In this document: one piece after another, positions 51,755 through 59,741 of the stretch | Numbering within the stretch: the first letter of the stretch is position 1 | Layout of the letters: each line of letters starts with the position of its first letter | Origin: a phage | Direction: 5' to 3' (one strand) | Length of the DNA: 64,000 bases | Sequence record: PZ386976.1 | Notes under the pieces: generated by a model | Database searches by the model: none | The model's input: only the letters and a program-made list of their open reading frames with translations | Told to the model about the DNA's origin: nothing | Program-made: the position numbers and the translations under genes

Positions 51755-52191
51755 TACAGTTTCCTCATTAAATACTTTTTAAGTTGTGTGTTAGGTTTCT
51801 CAAAAACTTCTATAGAAGATATCTTGACAGATTCACCACGCATACCTGTATGTTTGAATATATAGTACTCTAACATCCCTATATACTTTGCTGGTAAGTC
51901 ATGTTTGACATACACCGTTACAGAGTCTTCAAATTCAACAACCTTTGTACCATCTTTGTAGTTAAACTCTTTAGGATGGTTATAGTTGTCAATATCGTAC
52001 ATTAAAAAGAGTCTTTTCCGTTGCATATCAAGCTTATTGGTTAAAGACTCTTTGATGTCTGAGAAGTTTTTGTACACTGTGACATGGAGCTTACTCATCG
52101 TTAAACTCTCTGACGAAGAAATAGTTGACTTTATTATTACATACCATAAGGTCAAAGCAGGTATTCTCAAAAGGCTTGTTGTAGGCATCAT
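51754..52191 (-). CDS. hypothetical protein
   Basis: 145 aa ORF. Confidence 0.45.
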   Translation of the reverse strand: MMPTTSLLRIPALTLWYVIIKSTISSSESLTMSKLHVTVYKNFSDIKESLTNKLDMQRKRLFLMYDIDNYNHPKEFNYKDGTKVVEFEDSVTVYVKHDLPAKYIGMLEYYIFKHTGMRGESVKISSIEVFEKPNTQLKKYLMRKL

Positions 52192-52384
52192 ATGAAGTGT
52201 ACGTATCAGCTACTTGTTTAGTATTGAGCTTTTTACTTGATGGATTTAAAAGGCCACCATACAACTTCTTGATAGCCTCTTCTACAACAGACCAGATGAT
52301 TTCGTCAGTAATTTCTTCGTACAGGTCAAGTTCACGCTCTAGTGAGAAGTCACAAATTGGGAAAATAACCTGTACTTTACTCAT
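52091..52384 (-). CDS. hypothetical protein
   Basis: 97 aa ORF, start uncertain. Confidence 0.35.
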   Translation of the reverse strand: MSKVQVIFPICDFSLERELDLYEEITDEIIWSVVEEAIKKLYGGLLNPSSKKLNTKQVADTYTSYDAYNKPFENTCFDLMVCNNKVNYFFVREFNDE

Positions 52385-52773
52385 TAACGAATAACCTGTG
52401 TGACTTGAATTGCTTCAGTTACTGATAAGTCACCAACCTTCTCTTCTTTGATAAAAGTGAAGGTGAGTTCAACAGGCTCTTGCTCTTCTTGCTCAACCGG
52501 AACACCGTTAAGCTCATCAAAGATTGATTGAGTTGTCCAGTCTTCTCCACCATCTGGGTAGTGGATGGCATAAAGAGGAAACTCCATGTCATACCAGCCA
52601 AATACAGGACAACCATCTTCATCGTCACGTACACGGCGAAGAGTGTTCTCAGACTCTGTAAAACGAAGGCTAAGATTACCATTACACTCAAAAATTACTG
52701 CATCAGCAAGACCAATATCTTCACGACCATCATGACCAAAGGTGTCAACTTTTACTTGAATCTCTTTATTCAT
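52384..52773 (-). CDS. hypothetical protein
   Basis: 129 aa acidic ORF. Confidence 0.45.
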   Translation of the reverse strand: MNKEIQVKVDTFGHDGREDIGLADAVIFECNGNLSLRFTESENTLRRVRDDEDGCPVFGWYDMEFPLYAIHYPDGGEDWTTQSIFDELNGVPVEQEEQEPVELTFTFIKEEKVGDLSVTEAIQVTQVIR

Positions 52774-53164
52774 AAAAACCTCTCTCTGCTTGTTCTATTT
52801 TTGCTCTTAAAGTTTCGCAATGCTGCAAATGGTAGTTAGCTTCTTGTTCATGTGTTGCTAACTGCCTTTCCAGAACAGTTTTATAGTAACCTGTAAGTTG
52901 CTCTTTTGTCAATGGGTGCTCTGAAATAATATCAAGTCCACTTTCACCAAGAGGGTTGAATTGTCCATGTTCATTGACATTATAAGTCTCAAACTTGAAC
53001 AGACCATTGTTCACAGACTCAATAGGTGACAGTTCAACAAGCTCTACAGTAAACCGTGTATACACCTTGTCGCCTCTTGAAACCACATTGTTTCCGACAA
53101 TGCGCACAAGCGAACCATTACGAGTGTACTTAAAAGTCCCAAAGTCACTAGCCCAAAGTTTCAT
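52766..53164 (-). CDS. hypothetical protein
   Basis: 132 aa ORF. Confidence 0.45.
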   Translation of the reverse strand: MKLWASDFGTFKYTRNGSLVRIVGNNVVSRGDKVYTRFTVELVELSPIESVNNGLFKFETYNVNEHGQFNPLGESGLDIISEHPLTKEQLTGYYKTVLERQLATHEQEANYHLQHCETLRAKIEQAERGFYE

Positions 53165-53214
53165 AATTTTCTCCTTAGAAAATAAAAAGGCTCCCGAAGG
53201 AGCCTATGAAGATA

Positions 53215-53679
53215 CTACTTTGGATATACACTGTCAAGATAAATGTCAGCTTCCATTCTACGTCTGTTTTTCAGACCGTTTGAAGTGACCTTCTTACCTT
53301 TGACTGTAACCTTGTTCCACCACTGCATAGCTTCTGCACAACCTACCTTGTTACCAGCATTGTGGCGCTTGATAAATGTAGAATCCTGCATAGCTGTGAT
53401 ACCGATGTTGTATGTTTCACTTACAAGTGCATCGAACTCATTCTGAGAGGTTGGAACCTTGATAGCTTTATTCACTGCTGCAACGAACTTCTCAACATCT
53501 GCAAGAAGATACTGTTCAGCCTGTTCAGCAGTAATTTTCATACCCATCTTAACAGGTTTTCCGTCAATACGGATTGTACCATATCCAATTGTTGGTATTC
53601 CGGCAGAGTCTTCGTAAGCCTCTAACTTCAGACCTTCAAAGAACTTAATAGCTTCTAAACCTTTTCTTGAGAGTTGCAT
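53215..53679 (-). CDS. endolysin, T4-lysozyme-like (GH24)
   Basis: catalytic-region motif GLKLEAYEDSAGIPTIGYGT. Confidence 0.75.
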   Translation of the reverse strand: MQLSRKGLEAIKFFEGLKLEAYEDSAGIPTIGYGTIRIDGKPVKMGMKITAEQAEQYLLADVEKFVAAVNKAIKVPTSQNEFDALVSETYNIGITAMQDSTFIKRHNAGNKVGCAEAMQWWNKVTVKGKKVTSNGLKNRRRMEADIYLDSVYPK

Positions 53680-54563
53680 TATGCCTCCCCTGTTGGGTTA
53701 ACTGTAACTGTTGCCGCATTAGATGTTACAGAGCCACCTGCACCAGTAACTACACAGGTGTAGCTTCCTGCGTCAGCAGTGGTTGCACCTTCTTTGGTGT
53801 AAGTTGCAGTAGTTGCATTGAGGATATCTTCCTCACCATTCTTCCACTGGTAACCTGTTGCACCTGTTGCAGTAACTGATAAGTTGATGTTTCCACCTTC
53901 ATTAATGGTCTGGCTAGAAGGTTGCTGAGTAATCACTGGCAAGGCGTTCACAGTCACTGTTGCTGCATCTGAGGTGACATTTGTTCCACCATCTCCAGAT
54001 ACAACACAAGTGTATAAACCAGCGTCAGCAGGTACTACAGATTGTTTTGTATAAGTTGCAGAAGTGGCACTAGAGATATTCTCACCATCCTTCTTCCATT
54101 GATAACCAGTGGCATTAGTTGCGAGAATGCTTAGGTTAAGTGTGCCACCCTCATTAACTGTTTGGTTTGTTGGTTGCTGAGTAATTGCTGGTGGCTTAAT
54201 AGCATCCTTCAGCTTAGCATTCAACATTGAGAACGGCTTAACTCTTGCCAACCATTCACAATACACTGTTTCAACGTCTTTACCATTGATGATTGCATAC
54301 TGTAAATCCATGAAGAAATCAGCAGTTCTCATCTGTGCGCCAACACTGTAAAGAAGTTCATCACTAAAAGGAACTTTGTAGTCTGGTTTGTAGTCAAACT
54401 TCTTAACCTCTGCAATATCAGCTTCAGGCCAATATGAGCTATAGGTAAGCGGTAAAATTGCTTCTTGATATGTTCTAAAATCATATCTCTTACCAGCCTT
54501 TACATTTGCAATGAAACCTTTTACAAATTCTTTGAAGTCTGGGTAAGTCTTTGCTTTAATCAT
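53679..54563 (-). CDS. protein with N-terminal conserved domain and two Ig-like repeats
   Basis: two tandem ~90 aa repeats (ITQQP...NEGG...YQWKK/NG...YTCVV); N-terminal domain paralogous to upstream 123 aa ORF. Confidence 0.5.
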   Translation of the reverse strand: MIKAKTYPDFKEFVKGFIANVKAGKRYDFRTYQEAILPLTYSSYWPEADIAEVKKFDYKPDYKVPFSDELLYSVGAQMRTADFFMDLQYAIINGKDVETVYCEWLARVKPFSMLNAKLKDAIKPPAITQQPTNQTVNEGGTLNLSILATNATGYQWKKDGENISSATSATYTKQSVVPADAGLYTCVVSGDGGTNVTSDAATVTVNALPVITQQPSSQTINEGGNINLSVTATGATGYQWKNGEEDILNATTATYTKEGATTADAGSYTCVVTGAGGSVTSNAATVTVNPTGEA

Positions 54564-54931
54564 TTCTTTTTAGCCTCTAAACGTGCGTTTAATCTAAAAT
54601 AGCCTTTATGTTGTGGAGACACATCACTAACGACAATACCTTCAACCTTATAACCCTTACCAATTACATACTGGATATCCATAAGAAATGTACCAAGCCC
54701 AACAATGTGGAACATTGGGTACAATAACTTATCTGAATCTGGGAGATTAATATCTGGGATGTAGGTAGGTTGTTTACTAGTGGGTGTGATATCTTCTTCA
54801 GGCCATTTGCTAAGTCTCCATGTTAAAGGTGATGCAATAACATCTTTAAGATTATATCTATCACCTTTCTCCACGGAATTGATATAGGATTGTAGGAAGC
54901 AATAAAAGTCTTTTGCACTCTTAGCCTTCAT
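54560..54931 (-). CDS. hypothetical protein, paralog of N-terminal domain of downstream Ig-like protein
   Basis: shares KxxDFxxF...GxRY...F(F/L)MD(L/I)QY with 53679..54563. Confidence 0.45.
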   Translation of the reverse strand: MKAKSAKDFYCFLQSYINSVEKGDRYNLKDVIASPLTWRLSKWPEEDITPTSKQPTYIPDINLPDSDKLLYPMFHIVGLGTFLMDIQYVIGKGYKVEGIVVSDVSPQHKGYFRLNARLEAKKK

Positions 54932-54978
54932 TAAATATCCTTATAAATAGATAAAGGGGCATTAGCCCCTGTTTATAC

Positions 54979-55569
54979 TTAAGCTTTGGTCTTAAGTAGG
55001 TTCTTAAGTTTTTTGAGATTCATGTTCTCGTCAAACTTAAAACCAAATCCATTGACATAATCAATGAACTCGGATTTCTTACTAAGTGATAGCGCGTAAC
55101 TCATATCAAAGTTATTACTTGTTTCTGCGTCTGGACTAGAGTTCACATCAAATGAAATTTCTGTTGGTTCTTGTTTGCTACTTCTCATATTATCAATCAA
55201 TAGACAGGTGTAGTTCGCTGGATAGAAGTTAACACTCCCATCAACATACCCATACTTATTATTATGGATAAGGTTTGAAAATACCTTAAGAAATGTTTCT
55301 GAGTCGTGGCATACAAGTTTGAATTGACTACATTCTCCAAGAGCCACTAAAGAATAAGGACTTTCACTATCAATGTCATAGTTTGGATTTGATGTTGTAA
55401 CCGTCACACGCATCAAGTTATTAGCAATAGTCTTCTGCTTGAAAGAATTTGGGACATAGTGAAGACCTCTATCACACTGATTAACTAACTCTTTAAGTAG
55501 GTCGTTTGCATATGGTGAATTAATTGATACAGAACCATCACTATTATAATTAAAACTTACTGTTAACAT
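54979..55569 (-). CDS. hypothetical protein
   Basis: 196 aa ORF. Confidence 0.45.
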   Translation of the reverse strand: MLTVSFNYNSDGSVSINSPYANDLLKELVNQCDRGLHYVPNSFKQKTIANNLMRVTVTTSNPNYDIDSESPYSLVALGECSQFKLVCHDSETFLKVFSNLIHNNKYGYVDGSVNFYPANYTCLLIDNMRSSKQEPTEISFDVNSSPDAETSNNFDMSYALSLSKKSEFIDYVNGFGFKFDENMNLKKLKNLLKTKA

Positions 55570-55796
55570 TTTTCAGTTCTCCTGCGATTTATGATTTTGC
55601 TGCAATAGAGAAACGAAGTAAACTCACTGGAAGAAACCATTAAGTGTTGTTCACTAGATTGAGCCATTGCCCTGAAATACATTCCAGTCAAAGCATCATA
55701 GTGACTATTCTTTCCAATTGAGGTTATATAGCCATGACTCTTTGCAGTTTTATATAAATCTATAATATCTGCGATTTCTAATTGGGAACTACACAT
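55563..55796 (-). CDS. hypothetical protein
   Basis: 77 aa ORF. Confidence 0.3.
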   Translation of the reverse strand: MCSSQLEIADIIDLYKTAKSHGYITSIGKNSHYDALTGMYFRAMAQSSEQHLMVSSSEFTSFLYCSKIINRRRTEKC

Positions 55797-55939
55797 AGAT
55801 AATCCTCTTGTCTTCTGTAATTTTGAAAGAACAGGTACAGACCAATTTCAGAGGATGAATAGTAGATTAATTCTACCCTTTTTGATTCCTTACAGTGATT
55901 GGTATTCTTACCTTTCTTCGGTTTATTTGATTTTCTCAT
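55778..55939 (-). CDS. small basic hypothetical protein
   Basis: Met with RBS aaggag 5 nt upstream. Confidence 0.3.
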   Translation of the reverse strand: MRKSNKPKKGKNTNHCKESKRVELIYYSSSEIGLYLFFQNYRRQEDYLCVVPN

Positions 55940-56050
55940 TAAGTCTCCTTTGTAGAACAAGGCAGACCTACAGCTTTAAGTAAGATGGTACAGTAATCCA
56001 TACAACAAGTCAAGAACTATTGCAAGTTAAAAAAGTCGTTGACAAAGTAC

Positions 56051-56079
56051 TTGACAAGGTGTAGGCTTATAAATACTTA
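56051..56079 (+). promoter_or_regulatory. sigma70-like promoter within conserved divergent-promoter module
   Basis: ttgacaaagtacTTGACAaggtg...; second TTGACA, 17 nt, TACTTA; same module at 9177-9215. Confidence 0.35.
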
Positions 56080-56188
56080 GAAGATAACTTAAAAGGTTCC
56101 TCTAAAAAGGCTATTTAAACAGATATCTTTCTGGATATCTATCTTTTATCTTAAAAGCCTTTTAAGAGGTCTTATAAGAGGCATACCA

Positions 56189-56560
56189 ATGAAAAACAGA
56201 ACAAACAAAGGCCAGTTTAAAAAAGGCCAGTCTGGAAACCCATCTGGAAGACCAAAAGGCTCTCGTAACAAAAGCTCACTCGTAAAAGCTCAACTGACCA
56301 TTGATAATTCTGCTGAGTTTGCTGCAAAGCTGTTTGAGGCGATTGTTACAAGGGATGCTGCTAAGCTTGCAGAGTTCGGGTTAAACACAGACGATGTAAC
56401 CATCAAGAGTATGATTGAGGTCGGTAAAACTATCATGACTCACTCAGCAGGTGAGATGAAAGCAATTGCAGCAGACACTAAGAAGACTCCTGATAATGGT
56501 GGTCAAACCCAGACAGATAACAAACCAACGTTCTCTGCTGTAGCGACTCTCAAAAAATAA
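56189..56560 (+). CDS. hypothetical protein with N-terminal Gly/Pro-rich basic motif
   Basis: FKKGQSGNPSGRPKG motif. Confidence 0.45.
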   Translation: MKNRTNKGQFKKGQSGNPSGRPKGSRNKSSLVKAQLTIDNSAEFAAKLFEAIVTRDAAKLAEFGLNTDDVTIKSMIEVGKTIMTHSAGEMKAIAADTKKTPDNGGQTQTDNKPTFSAVATLKK

Positions 56561-56641
56561 TTTTAAAAGGTGTTGACAGACTCTACAAAGTTGCTCTAAA
56601 GTCTGTCACATCAAACAACAAATGAGAGAAGAGAGTAAAAT

Positions 56642-58057
56642 ATGAGCGAGTTATTTAAACATGCGCACCTTCATGCAGGTCGAACTGAAAATGGTGCTGT
56701 AAACCATACTTCATCAATGTCTGCTCTGGTAGACTTCTACAAAGCCGCTGGCTCAAGCCGTAGCAATGTAGAAATCTTACCAGACCTGTTCTACAAAGCT
56801 TTGCGTGAGGATGTTGATGTTGCAGTTCGTATTTTACTGCATATGCGAGATGTGCGAGAAGGTATGGGTGAGCGTAAAGCTTTCCGAACTGTTTTACTTC
56901 AAGCAATTGAAGACAAAGTTTTAGAGCCTACACAGGTTCTTCGCATTATGGATAAGATTGCAGAACTTGGTCGTTTTGATGACTTCAAAATCTTCGTAGG
57001 TACTCGTTTTGAGACAGATGCCTTCAAACATTTAGAAGCAGCATTACTAGACCCTGCAACAGCAGGTTTAGCAGCTAAGTGGTTACCACGAGTAAAACCA
57101 CGCCACAAACAGTTTGTAAAACGTTTCTGCAAGTTTGCAAACTTAAGTGAGAAGGAGTATCGCACACTGTTGTCTGCACTATCTGATACGGTTGAGCAAA
57201 AAATCTCTGCTAATGAGTTTGGTAAGATTGACTACAGCAAGATTCCTTCACTCGCTGCTGCACGTTACCAAAAACTCTTTAACCGTAAAGATGGAGAACG
57301 TTACAAAGCTTACATCGAATCACTCTCAAAGGGTGAGGCTAAGATTAACGCTGGTGCTGTTTACCCATACGATGTGATTAAGTCTATCAAGCATGGTAAT
57401 GCAGATGTTGCCAATGAGCAGTGGAAAGCACTACCAAACTGGATGGCAGAAGGTGAGAACATTCTGTGTATGACCGATGTTTCAAGCTCAATGTCTTGGG
57501 TGAATCTTGGTTCAATCACTGCCCTTGATATTGGTGTATCACTTGCCTTGTATGTAGCAGAACGCAATACTGGTTGTTTTAAGAATGAGTTAATGGTTTA
57601 CTCAACAAACCCTCACTTCATCGAACTGAGTGGTGATTTACGAAACCGTCATCGTCAGGTGATGCGTCATGTTGAATATGGCTCAACTAACTTACAAGCA
57701 GCTTTTGACCGTATTCTTGAGATAGGTAAAAGAAACAACTTGACTCAGAAAGATATGCCAAGTAAGCTTATCATCTTCTCCGATATGGAGTTCAATCAGG
57801 TTGATGGTGCTAACGGTCGTACAAACTTTGAAGCAATTCAGAGTAAGTACAAAAAAGCTGGATATGAGATGCCACAACTGGTATTCTGGTACTTAGCAAA
57901 CCGTAATGGCACTTGCGAAGTATCTGTTAAGGATAACGGTGTAGCAATGGTATCTGGTTTCTCTCCAGCCACTTTAAAAGCTCTGCTTGGTGGTGAGAAG
58001 TTTGACCCAATCAGCGTAATGCTCAAAGCAGTAATGATTGACCGTTATATCTGGTAA
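56642..58057 (+). CDS. vWA-domain protein with Ro60-like features (N-terminal helical domain + C-terminal vWA with MIDAS)
   Basis: MIDAS-like DVSSSM followed by LGSI..., G-S-T-N and FSDMEF elements in order expected of Ro60 vWA domain; N-terminal ~300 aa helical; a DUF2828-type assignment cannot be excluded. Confidence 0.5.
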   Translation: MSELFKHAHLHAGRTENGAVNHTSSMSALVDFYKAAGSSRSNVEILPDLFYKALREDVDVAVRILLHMRDVREGMGERKAFRTVLLQAIEDKVLEPTQVLRIMDKIAELGRFDDFKIFVGTRFETDAFKHLEAALLDPATAGLAAKWLPRVKPRHKQFVKRFCKFANLSEKEYRTLLSALSDTVEQKISANEFGKIDYSKIPSLAAARYQKLFNRKDGERYKAYIESLSKGEAKINAGAVYPYDVIKSIKHGNADVANEQWKALPNWMAEGENILCMTDVSSSMSWVNLGSITALDIGVSLALYVAERNTGCFKNELMVYSTNPHFIELSGDLRNRHRQVMRHVEYGSTNLQAAFDRILEIGKRNNLTQKDMPSKLIIFSDMEFNQVDGANGRTNFEAIQSKYKKAGYEMPQLVFWYLANRNGTCEVSVKDNGVAMVSGFSPATLKALLGGEKFDPISVMLKAVMIDRYIW

Positions 58058-58075
58058 AAAGTTTTAAAAAGGGTA

Positions 58076-58104
58076 TTGACAATGTGTTTGATACCCTTTA
58101 ATAT
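58076..58104 (+). promoter_or_regulatory. sigma70-like promoter upstream of tRNA cluster
   Basis: TTGACA, 17 nt, TAATAT. Confidence 0.5.
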
Positions 58105-58166
58105 GTTCTACATAGAAACGAAATGAGAGCTTTTCTAAGATACTGAAAAATATTTTAAAAAAGTTC

Positions 58167-58196
58167 TTGACAACCACTAAAAAATAATGTTAAAGT
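58167..58196 (+). promoter_or_regulatory. second sigma70-like promoter upstream of tRNA cluster
   Basis: TTGACA, 17-18 nt, TAAAGT. Confidence 0.4.
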
Positions 58197-58222
58197 GGTT
58201 ACATAGAGTTTGAAAAGTTTAT

Positions 58223-58299
58223 CTCTGTTTAGCTCAGCTTGGTAGAGCGTTCCGTTTGGGGCGGTAAGGCCGGAGGTTCAAGTCCTCCAACAGAGACCA
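58223..58299 (+). tRNA. tRNA-Pro: tRNA-Pro (anticodon TGG)
   Basis: manual cloverleaf: acceptor ctctgtt/aacagag, anticodon loop ttTGGgg, T-arm ggagg-ttcaagt-cctcc, CCA encoded. Confidence 0.6.
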
Positions 58300-58316
58300 A
58301 ATTTAAAGGGGTTACT

Positions 58317-58673
58317 ATGAGATTTTTAAAAGAATGTCCAGTTCATGGTTTAACTGAACATAGCATTCATAAGAATGGTAACGCCGGTAATAGAGTAAAT
58401 TGTCTAAAATGTTGTGCATTAAGGACAAAACTTAGAGAGGATGCCAATAGGGAGAAAGCATACAAGTTTTATGGCGATAGTTGCAAAATTTGTGGCTATA
58501 ATAAATGTAAAAATGCTTTAGAATGGCATCACCTTAACCCAAACGAAAAAGAGAATACACCATCAAAAATTATGGGTGCATCTTGGGAAAAGGTTAAAAA
58601 AGAACTTGATAAATGTGTTTTGCTCTGTGCTAATTGCCACAGAGAGGTTCATAGTGGAATTACAACGGTTTAA
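58317..58673 (+). CDS. HNH homing endonuclease within tRNA cluster
   Basis: Cys-rich zinc-binding elements and HNH motif EWHHLNP...LLCANCHREVH; ORF 58239.. trimmed to MRFLKE because upstream part overlaps tRNA-Pro. Confidence 0.6.
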   Translation: MRFLKECPVHGLTEHSIHKNGNAGNRVNCLKCCALRTKLREDANREKAYKFYGDSCKICGYNKCKNALEWHHLNPNEKENTPSKIMGASWEKVKKELDKCVLLCANCHREVHSGITTV

Positions 58674-58674
58674 T

Positions 58675-58749
58675 GTCGTAGAAGGCAAATGGTTAGCCAC
58701 CTGACCTTCAATCAGTTGCTCGCAGGTTCGAATCCTGTCTACGACACCA
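58675..58749 (+). tRNA. tRNA, anticodon tentative (TTC, Glu?)
   Basis: acceptor gtcgtag/ctacgac, T-arm gcagg-ttcgaat-cctgt, CCA encoded; anticodon loop ccTTCaa has atypical C33. Confidence 0.45.
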
Positions 58750-58753
58750 GTTT

Positions 58754-58832
58754 TGACAGAAGACCAATTACAGCAAACTTAATCTTATTCATCTGAAGGT
58801 AAATCGGACAAAGAAGAGATTTGGTCTGGTCA
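58754..58832 (+). ncRNA. conserved bulged-helix module 1 (outer stem tgac/gtca, 5' AGA bulge, inner stem agaccaa/ttggtct, 3' G bulge)
   Basis: one of four copies with covarying outer stems; encloses AT-rich loop. Confidence 0.35.
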
Positions 58833-58840
58833 TTAAGAAT

Positions 58841-58917
58841 TGCGGGTATAGAGAAAGGGCGTCTCACATGTCTCATTAGCATGGTATCGGCAGGTTCGAC
58901 TCCTGCACCCGCCTCCA
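58841..58917 (+). tRNA. tRNA-Met/Ile2 (anticodon CAT), initiator-like unpaired 1:72
   Basis: acceptor (t)gcgggt/acccgc(c), anticodon loop ctCATta, T-arm gcagg-ttcgact-cctgc, CCA encoded. Confidence 0.5.
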
Positions 58918-58920
58918 ATT

Positions 58921-58986
58921 TTGCAGAAGACCGTATTCAGCAACAAACTACTTTTTGCGGATAAAAGAAAAAACACGGTCTGGCAA
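58921..58986 (+). ncRNA. conserved bulged-helix module 2 (outer ttgc/gcaa, inner agaccgt/acggtct)
   Basis: same architecture as module 1 with compensatory base changes. Confidence 0.35.
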
Positions 58987-58994
58987 TGTATTAA

Positions 58995-59071
58995 GGTTAG
59001 GAAGCACATAAGGTATGTGCGGTCGCCTGTTAAGCGAATGGCACAGGGTTCGAATCCCTGACTAACCGCCA
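58995..59071 (+). tRNA. tRNA-Asn: tRNA-Asn (anticodon GTT)
   Basis: acceptor ggttagg/actaacc, D-arm gcac-ataaggtat-gtgc, anticodon arm gtcgc-ctGTTaa-gcgaa, T-arm caggg-ttcgaat-ccctg, CCA. Confidence 0.7.
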
Positions 59072-59140
59072 AATTTAGGAGAGAAGCGATTGCTCACCGA
59101 TTTGTAAGGTGCAAGTCCTTAGCCTGAATAGAAATTAAAT

Positions 59141-59228
59141 GTGTCGTTATCCCGTAGATGGTAGCGGTGGGGACTGTAAATCCCTTGTCATTGAGACTCG
59201 GTAGGTTCGACTCCTACACGGCACACCA
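59141..59228 (+). tRNA. tRNA-Tyr: tRNA-Tyr (anticodon GTA), long variable arm
   Basis: acceptor gtgtcgt/acggcac, anticodon arm gggga-ctGTAaa-tccct, long variable arm, T-arm gtagg-ttcgact-cctac, CCA. Confidence 0.65.
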
Positions 59229-59233
59229 ATAAA

Positions 59234-59311
59234 GGTTATGTAGTTTAATTTGGTTAAAATACTCCCCTGTCACGGGAGATGATGAGGGTTCAAATCCCTT
59301 CGTAACCGCCA
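59234..59311 (+). tRNA. tRNA-Asp: tRNA-Asp (anticodon GTC)
   Basis: acceptor ggttatg/cgtaacc, anticodon arm ctccc-ctGTCac-gggag, T-arm gaggg-ttcaaat-ccctt, CCA. Confidence 0.7.
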
Positions 59312-59369
59312 ATTTTGAGAGGGCTATTTAGCCCCTCCCTTAAAGGGTTCTTACGAGTATCCTTTAAAG

Positions 59370-59451
59370 GAGCAGAAGACCAAATACAGCAAGAACGTAT
59401 GAAAATTTCAAGCCAATTTAATTTTGAAAAATTTAAAACTTGGTCTGGCTC
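59370..59451 (+). ncRNA. conserved bulged-helix module 3 (outer gagc/gctc, inner agaccaa/ttggtct)
   Basis: same architecture, compensatory outer-stem change. Confidence 0.35.
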
Positions 59452-59458
59452 AACAAAT

Positions 59459-59595
59459 TTACAGAAGACCGTTTACAGCAAAACTTAAACAATCTATTTC
59501 TCGGTAAAGAAAAGGCGAAGGTTCGATTCCTTCACTCGGCAGATGTCGAGTTGGTGTAATGGTAGCACTTAAGATGATAAACAACGGTCTGGTAA
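59459..59595 (+). ncRNA. conserved bulged-helix module 4 enclosing a circularly permuted tRNA-like domain; candidate Y-RNA-like RNA
   Basis: outer ttac/gtaa, inner agaccgt/acggtct; enclosed 59517-59568 has T-arm gaagg-ttcgatt-ccttc, 7-bp hairpin actcggc-agat-gtcgagt (acceptor-like) and D-arm-like gtg-taatggtag-cac in permuted order. Confidence 0.35.
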
Positions 59596-59736
59596 TTATC
59601 TTTGTAGATAAGTTATTAAGCTTACCTGTGAGTATGCGACCACAAAGGGTGAAAGGGTAAATTCTAGATTTAAACCCAAAAAGGCACATCGCTACAGACC
59701 TTAAGCAAGTCTGGGTAGCTTATCTACAAAGATAAT
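59595..59736 (+). ncRNA. long hairpin with perfect 18-bp stem enclosing ~106 nt
   Basis: attatctttgtagataag (59595-59612) is the exact reverse complement of cttatctacaaagataat (59719-59736); no ORF. Confidence 0.3.
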
Positions 59737-59741
59737 TTAAT

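Noticed and set aside
58239-58316. N-terminal extension of ORF 58239..58673 (MVERSVWGGKAGG...)
   Set aside because: This part overlaps the T-arm and 3' end of tRNA-Pro and lacks an RBS; the HNH domain begins at the internal Met at 58317.
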